Assembly (NCBI GenBank): GCA_049287685.1
Contig: JBAQGH010000072.1
Span: 2,821-66,820 of the forward strand
DNA length: 64,000 nucleotides
Origin: Solirubrobacteraceae bacterium
GTDB lineage: Bacteria > Actinomycetota > Thermoleophilia > Solirubrobacterales > Solirubrobacteraceae
Direction of reading: 5' to 3'
Translations under genes and position numbers: made by a program
Shown here: positions 48,143 through 55,584 of the stretch, piece after piece
How the letters are laid out: the number at the start of each line of letters is the position of its first letter
Position numbering within the stretch: the stretch's first letter is position 1
The notes under the pieces: generated by a model
Seen by the model: only the letters and a program-made list of their open reading frames with translations
The model's database searches: none
Told to the model about the DNA's origin: nothing

Positions 48143-49459
48143 CTACGGCTCCAGCCGGTTGGGGCCGCGGTACAGGAACGTGACCTCACGCACGTTGTCC
48201 TGCCCGAGCATCTGCATCAACAGGCGCGTCAAGCCGAAGCCGAAGCCGCCGTGTGGGGGGGCGCCATAGCGGAAGAAGTCGAGGTAGTACTGGATCGGCT
48301 CGACCTCGACCTGCTTCTCGTGCGCTTGAGCCAGAAGCTGCTCATAGCGGTGCTCGCGCTGTGCTCCGGTCGTAAGCTCGATGCCACGCCAAAGCAAGTC
48401 GAAGCTCTTGGTTAGCGTCGGCCGATCTTCATGGCGCATGTGGTAGAAAGGCCTCACCGATGTCGGGTAGTCGGTAACGAACACGAACTCGCTACCGGAC
48501 TGCTCGGCAATGATCGCCGACAGCGCCCGCTCGCTTGGCGGATCGAGGTCGTGGTCGGGGCCAGGCACATCGTGGCCGTGCTCTGCCAGCAGGGCCTTCG
48601 CGTCGGCGAGCGTGATACGCGGGAACGGGATTGGCGGCCCACCCACCCCGCCTACCTCGACACCGAACGTGCTCGTGATCTGCTCGCCATGCTCGCGGGC
48701 CACGACGGAGAGCATGTGCGCGAGCCAACGCTCCTCGAAGGCCATCACGTCCTCGTGCGAGTCGATCCAGGCTATCTCGACGTCGACACTCGTGAACTCG
48801 GTGTCGTGGCGCGAGGTGAACGACGGGTTGGCGCGGAACACCGGCCCGATCTCGAATACCTTGCCGAAGCCCCCGGCCATCGCCATCTGCTTGTAGAACT
48901 GCGGAGACTGGGCCAGGTAGGCGGTGCGCTCGAAGTAATCGACCTTGAACAACTCGGCTCCAGACTCGCTGGCCGAGCCCATCAGCTTGGGCGTGTGGAT
49001 CTCTATGAATTTTTGTTCGTGCCAGTACTCGCGCATCGCGTGCTCCACGGTCGACTGCACCTCGAAGATCAGGCGCCTGTCGGGACGGCGTAGATCGAGG
49101 TAGCGCCAGTCGATGCGCTTGTCCAAGGCCGAGTCGGGCGTGACGGGAAGTTCGGGCTCGGCGGGCGCATCGACGGTCAGAGACGCAAGCTGGATCTCAA
49201 GGCCACCGAGCTTCACCCGCTCGTCGGCCACCACGAGGCCGGTGACCGTGACCGCCGACTCCGGCGTGAGCGCGGAGATCGCCTCGTTGAGCTCGCTTGG
49301 CTGCTCCTCCTTGCCAAGGATCAGCTGAGCAAGGCCTGTTTCGTCGCGCAGCACCACGAACTGCATGCGCTTCTGGTCGCGGATGGCGTGCACCCACCCG
49401 CGGAGCTCGACGGTCTCCTGCACGTGTGATTTGAGATCGGCTATTGAGGTGCGCGCCAC
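48143..49459 (-). CDS. aspS: aspartate--tRNA ligase, archaeal/eukaryote-like type 2 (about 438 aa)
   Basis: OB anticodon-binding domain (VELRGWVHAIRDQKRMQFVVLRD), class II motifs (FRANPSFTSRH, GFGFGLTRL), and a C-terminal ...YRGPNRLEP. The GTG start at 49459 lies just below the upstream gene's stop (49473). Confidence 0.85.
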   Translation of the reverse strand: MARTSIADLKSHVQETVELRGWVHAIRDQKRMQFVVLRDETGLAQLILGKEEQPSELNEAISALTPESAVTVTGLVVADERVKLGGLEIQLASLTVDAPAEPELPVTPDSALDKRIDWRYLDLRRPDRRLIFEVQSTVEHAMREYWHEQKFIEIHTPKLMGSASESGAELFKVDYFERTAYLAQSPQFYKQMAMAGGFGKVFEIGPVFRANPSFTSRHDTEFTSVDVEIAWIDSHEDVMAFEERWLAHMLSVVAREHGEQITSTFGVEVGGVGGPPIPFPRITLADAKALLAEHGHDVPGPDHDLDPPSERALSAIIAEQSGSEFVFVTDYPTSVRPFYHMRHEDRPTLTKSFDLLWRGIELTTGAQREHRYEQLLAQAHEKQVEVEPIQYYLDFFRYGAPPHGGFGFGLTRLLMQMLGQDNVREVTFLYRGPNRLEP

Positions 49460-49472
49460 GGGGACGGCAATG

Positions 49473-49853
49473 CTATTGCAGCGCTGGACCCGCCGGCTGG
49501 TCGGCCCGTCGATCTTCCACCAGCACCTCGCGCGAATCGCGCTCAGAGCAGTGGGTGGGACAGTAAACCCCGCGCACGCCGCCATCGCTCAGCCCGTATG
49601 CCAACCAAACGCCGTGGCGCCAGGTGAAGTTGAAGAACCCTTCGACGGCGCCGTTGCGGCCCATCTCACGATGCCATGCCTTGACGACGACACTCGCGGG
49701 GATTCGCGCACGACAGTCGCGGTCGTAGTGCGGATGGCCACTCCATACGCACTTCATCGGCTCTGCCGAGGTCTCAGAGGACTGAACCTCGACTAGACGC
49801 GGCTGGTCTGACAGTTTGCGAGGCGGCTCGCTGGGTTGTGACTGTTGCGTCAT
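49473..49853 (-). CDS. hypothetical Cys/His-rich small protein
   Basis: GC3-rich ORF with KCVWSGHPHYDRDC...VYCPTHC. I recognise no family. Confidence 0.5.
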   Translation of the reverse strand: MTQQSQPSEPPRKLSDQPRLVEVQSSETSAEPMKCVWSGHPHYDRDCRARIPASVVVKAWHREMGRNGAVEGFFNFTWRHGVWLAYGLSDGGVRGVYCPTHCSERDSREVLVEDRRADQPAGPALQ

Positions 49854-50001
49854 CGGTCCGTTTGGGACGACGCGCACGTCGTCCGTTTGTGCCTACGAGG
49901 TTCTACGGAGGTCTACGGCAGTCCTTCCTGGGAGGATACATCCACATGTCCACATTGGACGATCGTTCTAGACATAAAACGCAGCAAATGACAGGAGCGG
50001 C

Positions 50002-50349
50002 ATGACCGACACAGCCAACGAGCCCGAGCCTCCCTACCACCTGTTCCTCGATACGGAGGAGGTCGCGCCGACGACCAGCGCGCTGCGACTGCTGATCACC
50101 GACGAGGCCCACGAGCCAGGGATCCGTGGACTGGCGCGCGAGGTGATCGCGAGCTTGGACGCCGAGCCCGACGAGCGCGGCAAGCTGACCGTGACGCTCA
50201 ACCCCGGGCAGATGAAGATCACCCACACCGCGCTGAAGCTGCTGCTCGGCGACCTGCAGCGCGGTCAGGCCGACGAGCGCGCGATCCTGCGGCGTGTCAT
50301 CGAGAAGCTGCCCGACGAGCACACGATGCGGGCGATCCAACTGCCGTAA
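50002..50349 (+). CDS. hypothetical acidic protein
   Basis: An AGGAG-containing RBS precedes the ATG. The 115-aa ORF has host-like codon bias and lies immediately upstream of alaS. Confidence 0.5.
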   Translation: MTDTANEPEPPYHLFLDTEEVAPTTSALRLLITDEAHEPGIRGLAREVIASLDAEPDERGKLTVTLNPGQMKITHTALKLLLGDLQRGQADERAILRRVIEKLPDEHTMRAIQLP

Positions 50350-50370
50350 GCCGGTTAGGCTTAGCTCGCC

Positions 50371-53001
50371 TTGAGCACGAGCCAACCACTCAACGCCGAC
50401 GAGCTGCGGTCGAGCTTTCTCGACTTCTTCGTCGCGCGCGATCACCGGCTGACGGACTCGGCCAGCCTGGTGCCCGAGCATCCCGCCGCACCGTTGTTCA
50501 CGAACGCCGGCATGGTCCAGTTCCTGCCGGTCTTCTTCGGCGAAGAGCCGCCGCTGTCCTCGCGCGCCACCTCGGCGCAGAAGTGTTTGCGCGTGCGCGG
50601 CAAGCACGACGACATCGAGATCGTGGGGCGCAGCACGCGCCACCTGACGTTCTTCGAGATGCTCGGGAACTTCAGCTTCGGCGACTACTTCAAGGAAGGC
50701 GCGATCCAATACGCCTGGGAGTTTCTGACCGAGACGCTCGGTCTCGAGGGCGAGCGCCTGTGGGCCACCGTGCACACCAGCGACGACGAGGCAGCGCAGA
50801 TCTGGCAGGAGCTCGTGGGCCTGCCTGCGGAGCGCATCCAGCGCATGGGCGCGGACAACTTCTGGGAGATGGGCGCCACTGGGCCTTGCGGACCTTCCTC
50901 GGAGATCTTCTATGACAAGGGTCCCGAGCACGGCGCTGACGGCGGTCCGGCGCGCGGCGGCGAGGAACGTTATGTGGAGATCTGGAACCTCGTGTTCATG
51001 GAATCCAACCGCTTGGAGGACGGCAGCCTGACGGCGCTGCCCAAGCGCAACATCGACACCGGCGCGGGGCTCGAGCGTATCCTGCCGGTCGTGCAAGGCA
51101 CCTCCTCGGTGTTCGACACCGACGTGTTGCGCCGTCTAATCGGCTCGGCCGAGGAGCTCACGCGCAGCGTCTACGGACGGGGGGAGGAGGATGACGTGAG
51201 CCTGCGCATCCTGGCCGACCATGCGCGCGCCGTCACGTTCATGCTCGCCGACGGCGTCGTGCCATCGAACCTGGAGCGCGGCTACGTGCTGCGGCGCATC
51301 ATCCGCCGCGCCATCCGCCACGGCCAGCGGGTAGGTGCACGCGAGGGGACGATGGCGGCAATGGCTGCCTCTGTAACAGAGGTGATGGGCGGCGCATACC
51401 CCGAGCTCGGCCGCTCGCTTGGCATGGTCAGCGACATTTTGGAGCGCGAGGAGCACCGGTTCATGGAAACGCTCAGTCTTGGCCTGGGCATGTTGGAGGA
51501 TTTGATCGTCGACGGCGTACCCGTGATTTCAGGGAGTGACGCCTTCAGGTTGCACGACACCTACGGGTTCCCGGTCGAGCTAACGGCCGAAATCGCCGCC
51601 GAGCGAAAAGTTGGGTTGGACATGGAGGGCTTCGAGCATGCGATGGCACATCAGCGCGAGCTTGCGCGCAGCGCAGCCGGGGGTGGAACCGGCGACGAGC
51701 TGCAGGGCCAGGCGGCAAGCCGTCTTGTGACGGAGCTTGCTGGGCTCGGGCCGACAGAGTTCCTCGGCTATGAGCAGCTCGAAGCACAGAGCAAGCTGTT
51801 GCGCGTGCTCAAGACCGAGAGCGATGACTCCGAGCATCCGACACTTGAAGTGTTTTCCGAGCGGACTCCCTTCTATGCGGAAAGCGGCGGACAGGTTGGA
51901 GACACAGGCACGATCGAGAGCGAGACCGGCATGGCGAGCGTGATCGATACCGACAAGCCCCTGGAGGGGATCATCCGCCATCGCGTTCGGCTGGAAAGTG
52001 GCACGCTCTTGGAGGGCCAGGAGGCGACGCTGCGCGTCGACAAAGACCGGCGCGAAGCGATCCGGCGCAGCCACACCGCAACCCACCTGCTGCACTGGGC
52101 TCTGCGCACCACGTTCGGCTCGCAGCTGCAACAGCAGGGCTCGCTGGTAGAGCCTGACTATCTGCGTTTCGATTTCAACCACCATTCGCAGCTCAACGAC
52201 GAGGACATTGCGGGGATCGAAGAGCTTGTTATCGGCGACATCCTCAGCGACGAGCCAGTGCAGACGACCGAGAGCACGCTCGAGGCCGCCCGCGCCGAGG
52301 GGGCGATGTCGTTCTTCGGCGACAAGTACGGAGAGATCGTGCGCGTGGTGCGCGCGGGCGAGCATTCGGTCGAGCTGTGCGGCGGCACGCACGTGCCCGC
52401 GCTCGGGCGCATCGGCGGCTTCGTCGTGCGCAGCGAGTCCTCCGTTGGCGCCAACCTGCGCCGTATCGAGGCACTGACTGGCAAGGCGGCACACGAGGAT
52501 CACCGCCGTGCTCGCGGGCTTTTGCACACAGTGGCGGAGTCGCTGCATGTCACGCCGGACTCGGTGCCAGAGGCAATAACCCGCCTACAGACGTCACTCA
52601 GCCAGGAGGAACGCCAGCGCAAGGCCCTGGCCGCCAGCGCAGACCGCGAACTGGCAGCATCGCTTGCCGACTCCGCTGTGGAAGGCAGCGTCGTGGCACG
52701 GTTGGACGATCGCGACCAGCAAGCATTGCGCGCGATCGCGGCGGAGCTCGTCGGGCGTGCCGGCATCCGCGCCGTGGGTCTGATCGGCTCGCCCGACGGC
52801 GAGGCGGTCGCGCTCGCGGTGGCATTCGCGGGCGACTCCGGCGATGCGCCCGGCGTCGTGCGTACCGTGGCCAAGATCGTCGGCGGTGGCGGTGGCGGCA
52901 AGGATCGGCGATTGGCCGTCGGCGGCGGACGCGACGTGGCGGCGATCGACGGCGCGCTAGACGCTTTGCGCGACGCGTTGAATGTGCCCGCCGGCCCATA
53001 A
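50371..53001 (+). CDS. alaS: alanine--tRNA ligase
   Basis: LRSSFLDFFVARDHR..., FTNAGMVQF, and editing-domain HTATHLLHWAL...CGGTHV; 876 aa with a TTG start. Confidence 0.97.
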   Translation: MSTSQPLNADELRSSFLDFFVARDHRLTDSASLVPEHPAAPLFTNAGMVQFLPVFFGEEPPLSSRATSAQKCLRVRGKHDDIEIVGRSTRHLTFFEMLGNFSFGDYFKEGAIQYAWEFLTETLGLEGERLWATVHTSDDEAAQIWQELVGLPAERIQRMGADNFWEMGATGPCGPSSEIFYDKGPEHGADGGPARGGEERYVEIWNLVFMESNRLEDGSLTALPKRNIDTGAGLERILPVVQGTSSVFDTDVLRRLIGSAEELTRSVYGRGEEDDVSLRILADHARAVTFMLADGVVPSNLERGYVLRRIIRRAIRHGQRVGAREGTMAAMAASVTEVMGGAYPELGRSLGMVSDILEREEHRFMETLSLGLGMLEDLIVDGVPVISGSDAFRLHDTYGFPVELTAEIAAERKVGLDMEGFEHAMAHQRELARSAAGGGTGDELQGQAASRLVTELAGLGPTEFLGYEQLEAQSKLLRVLKTESDDSEHPTLEVFSERTPFYAESGGQVGDTGTIESETGMASVIDTDKPLEGIIRHRVRLESGTLLEGQEATLRVDKDRREAIRRSHTATHLLHWALRTTFGSQLQQQGSLVEPDYLRFDFNHHSQLNDEDIAGIEELVIGDILSDEPVQTTESTLEAARAEGAMSFFGDKYGEIVRVVRAGEHSVELCGGTHVPALGRIGGFVVRSESSVGANLRRIEALTGKAAHEDHRRARGLLHTVAESLHVTPDSVPEAITRLQTSLSQEERQRKALAASADRELAASLADSAVEGSVVARLDDRDQQALRAIAAELVGRAGIRAVGLIGSPDGEAVALAVAFAGDSGDAPGVVRTVAKIVGGGGGGKDRRLAVGGGRDVAAIDGALDALRDALNVPAGP

Positions 53002-53061
53002 AAGCTGACACTTTCGATTCTCTAGCGTGGCCCAAGCGTTTGGTAGGAAGCAGCCCTGTGC

Positions 53062-53580
53062 TCAGGCCGACCGTGGAGCGGCGACCCGCTGGACGAAGTT
53101 GGTGAGGAACGGCAGGGCACCCCGTCGTTCGTAGAGCCGCATCGCGTCGGTGTTCGTCGTGATGACGTCGATCACCATGTCGTCTATCCGCAACTCGCGC
53201 AGCCTTGCTTCCACGGCGTCGAGCAGAGCAGAGCCGACGCCTTTCCCGCGAGCCTCGGGCAGGACGGCCAGGATTGCCAACTCGGCCAACGGGTCTGACG
53301 CACTCCACGACACCGCGAAGAGGGCGCCGGGACGAACTCGCACGAACGCATAGCCGAGATAGCGACCGGCCTCCTCCGCTCCCAGGACAAACGAGTCGGG
53401 CTCGGCGGCCAGCCACTCTTCCATGAGCCGCTCGTGCTCCTCCCAGGCTTGTTCGTACGGACGCACACGGTCGCGTAGGTGCGGCGTCAACGCTATGTGG
53501 TGCTCGTACAGCACGCGCCATAGCGGCTGCAGGTCGTCCAAGCTATCGGTTGACACCGAAACGATGGCGAAGTCGGTCAT
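53062..53580 (-). CDS. GNAT-family N-acetyltransferase
   Basis: LAILAVLPEARGKGVGSALLDAVE (acetyl-CoA-binding motif A). The ATG at 53580 was chosen. Confidence 0.8.
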   Translation of the reverse strand: MTDFAIVSVSTDSLDDLQPLWRVLYEHHIALTPHLRDRVRPYEQAWEEHERLMEEWLAAEPDSFVLGAEEAGRYLGYAFVRVRPGALFAVSWSASDPLAELAILAVLPEARGKGVGSALLDAVEARLRELRIDDMVIDVITTNTDAMRLYERRGALPFLTNFVQRVAAPRSA

Positions 53581-53665
53581 GCCCGAAGACTCGCACAACA
53601 AGCCAACAACGAGTCGCTAACGGAGATCACCGGCAGACCCTCACCTGCGACACAACAAAAAAAGA

Positions 53666-53711
53666 ATGCGCCCGGCGGGAATCGAACCCGCGGCCTGCGG
53701 TTTTAAAGACC
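53666..53711 (-). repeat. distal att repeat: a displaced 3' fragment of the tRNA (anticodon stem/loop to discriminator)
   Basis: It is identical to 57062-57107 except at 53704 (T versus G at 57100). In tRNA sense it is followed by TTCTTTTTTTGTTG, the likely original tRNA 3' flank/terminator. Confidence 0.85.
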
Positions 53712-53872
53712 TGCCGAACTGTCCTTGATTGGCTTGGTTGAGCCAGATTCGGTCCGATTATGTGTCCCGAAACAGCCTTATATTTGCCTACTTGGGGACA
53801 TATTTCGGGACACGGTTTCCGAGTCGAGCCGCGATCTTTGATCCCTGCTGGCAGAAGCGCTACTTTGTGAGC

Positions 53873-54118
53873 ATGACAGCAAAGGAGAAGCTGAGGCAAA
53901 CAGTCGAAGAGCTTTCCGAGGCCGAAGCGCAGGATGCGCTTGGCTTCATCGTTCGTCGGCAAAGCAAGCGCGATGCTCTTGACGAACTACTAGAGCGCGC
54001 CCCACTCGACGATGAGCCGACGGCACCCGACGAGGACGAGGGCGTGCGGGAAGCCAAAGAGCAGATCGCCCGCGGCGAAGTGCTCTCAGCAGACGAGATC
54101 AGGCAAGAGATCGCTTGA
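53873..54118 (+). CDS. type II antitoxin (partner of the RelE/ParE toxin)
   Basis: 81-aa acidic protein (MTAKEKLRQTVEELSEAEAQDALGFI...). Its stop overlaps the toxin start (TTGA). Confidence 0.65.
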   Translation: MTAKEKLRQTVEELSEAEAQDALGFIVRRQSKRDALDELLERAPLDDEPTAPDEDEGVREAKEQIARGEVLSADEIRQEIA

Positions 54119-54375
54119 GCGACGGCGGTTGGGTCTTCTCGGCGCGCGCCGGACGTGACTTCAAGCGCCTCGACCCTCCCGTCCAGCGTCGCATCATTAG
54201 TGCTCTTGACCGACTGACGAGCGATCCACCGGCTGGAGATGTCGTCAAGCTGACGAACACCGACGAATGGCGTCTTCGCGTTGGTGACTGGCGCGTACGC
54301 TTCGAGCGCGATGCCGAGACGGGGATCGTCCACGTCGTGCGTGTGTTGCCTCGCGGCCGTGCCTATCGGGATTGA
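54115..54375 (+). CDS. RelE/ParE-family type II toxin
   Basis: FSARAGRDFKRLDPPVQRRIISALDRLTSDP...WRLRVGDWRVRFERDAETGIVHVVRVLPRGRAYR; 86 aa with a TTG start. Confidence 0.8.
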   Translation: MSDGGWVFSARAGRDFKRLDPPVQRRIISALDRLTSDPPAGDVVKLTNTDEWRLRVGDWRVRFERDAETGIVHVVRVLPRGRAYRD

Positions 54376-54650
54376 CACGACAATCGGACCCAAAACAGGG
54401 TCTCGAGTCGCTTTCGACTGCTCATCTCGTCGTGAGATGGTCGGCTGAAAGCCGACCTAATCGCCGAACAGCGGAGTGTGGTGGGGATGTCAAGAGAGCC
54501 CCGTCAGGGGTGGCCCCGCAGGGGCCAGGCCGAAGGCCCGACCTTGACATCCCCACCACACGGAGCTACAGCCACGCCTCGGGGCGCCACGAACGTTTGC
54601 GCGTAGCTCCAGGGCGCTCCGCACAGCGGAGCTCTTTGGACAGACGCGCT
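54376..54650. other. hairpin-dense non-coding segment (candidate structured ncRNA or cis-acting element of the island)
   Basis: At least eight stem-loops, including a perfect 19-bp stem (54476-54494 / 54543-54561) that encloses three small GC hairpins. See findings. Confidence 0.5.
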
Positions 54651-54911
54651 TTACTGGTCGGCGAGCCAGTTCTCGAGCATGGTCTGTGTAAAGCGGATGT
54701 GGCGTCCCACACGCAGGCACGGCAAGCGTCCCGTGCGCACCGCGTCATAGATCCAACTCGGCTTGACGGCAAGCAGCTCCGCCGCTTGCTCGGGACGCAG
54801 CAGTGGTCCGTCCAGCCGCCTGGGCCCCACGGACCGACCCTCGACGAGCGATCTCGCCGGTGGCCCCTGGCCGGGTGACGCGACAACCTCAGTGTCCCTA
54901 TATGTCCGCAT
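54651..54911 (-). CDS. xis: excisionase-family (MerR/AlpA-like) helix-turn-helix DNA-binding protein
   Basis: LLRPEQAAELLAVKPSWIYDAVRTGRLPCLRVGRHIRFTQTMLENWL. Confidence 0.8.
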   Translation of the reverse strand: MRTYRDTEVVASPGQGPPARSLVEGRSVGPRRLDGPLLRPEQAAELLAVKPSWIYDAVRTGRLPCLRVGRHIRFTQTMLENWLADQ

Positions 54912-55340
54912 AACGCGACCTCCGTACCGCTAGGAAACCGTATACATGCTTAATCCGTCGAACCACGATCAACGGGACACAAGAACAACGCAGGAGACGA
55001 AACACATCGTCGCTCGCGCTTAGCGCCACACATTTCCGCAGCGCGCTCGCAACGCTTCCACGTAACGCGAAAACAAACCACGCCTACAGCGGGACGGAAA
55101 GCCCCCGCGCGTCGGGTCGTCAGGCCACGGGTCCGCGAGGACTCCGTGGCCCGATCGACCCGATCCGTCCCACAACAGCAGACACACCACCAAACACCAA
55201 CAACAACGCACCAGCCATCAACAATCAACAATCACACTTCACACCATCTCTCAACTATCAATATCTCCCACCGATCCAACAACACAACACACCAAACCAT
55301 CCACATGCCATGCCAGCCACCCCACCACCACCTTTCTTCA

Positions 55341-55388
55341 GGTGCTTGACCACCCGCACTCGAAGTTGGGGGCGGGTGGTCAAGCACC
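55341..55388. other. perfect 17-bp stem-loop
   Basis: GGTGCTTGACCACCCGC (55341-57), a 14-nt loop, then GCGGGTGGTCAAGCACC (55372-88). There is no U-tract on either strand. Confidence 0.6.
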
Positions 55389-55584
55389 GACCCCACCCAA
55401 CCCACTTCTGGGTGGCTGGCCTAAAACCGCACAGCCGAGCCACATCCACAGCGCGGTACCGGACCACAACCTGTACCCACCTGTCGCGCTCCGCGACAAC
55501 ATTGCGACACCTGCACGACACCTCAGGATGCAGTTACCCCCACTCCACGGGTGCAGTCACCCATAGGACAGACGAGAAATCCAT

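Noticed and set aside
49903-51096. 397-aa minus-strand ORF (and likewise 51580..52548 and 52598..53521)
   Set aside because: These are antisense to alaS, whose identity is unambiguous. Their composition is typical of GC-rich antisense frames.
54473-54564. MITE-like reading of the 19-bp inverted repeat with a flanking GGA/GGA as target-site duplication
   Set aside because: A 3-bp flank match is weak evidence. The interior is only 48 nt of nested GC hairpins, and no second copy is visible in the window. I keep it as an alternative explanation only.
54376-54650. Possible CRISPR array or REP cluster in the hairpin-dense segment
   Set aside because: There is no repeated unit with regular spacers, and each hairpin has a different sequence. 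It is therefore not a CRISPR array. REP-family membership cannot be excluded without the whole genome.
54372-54878. 168-aa plus-strand ORF across the hairpin-dense segment and xis
   Set aside because: It runs antisense through xis and through perfect inverted repeats. The translation has no recognisable features.
55146-55349. 67-aa ORF (His/Thr/Gln/Asn-rich) in the CA-rich tract, considered as a possible peptide precursor
   Set aside because: Its amino-acid content simply mirrors the G-depleted DNA. It has no RBS and no nearby modification or export genes. I treat it as non-coding unless expression data say otherwise.
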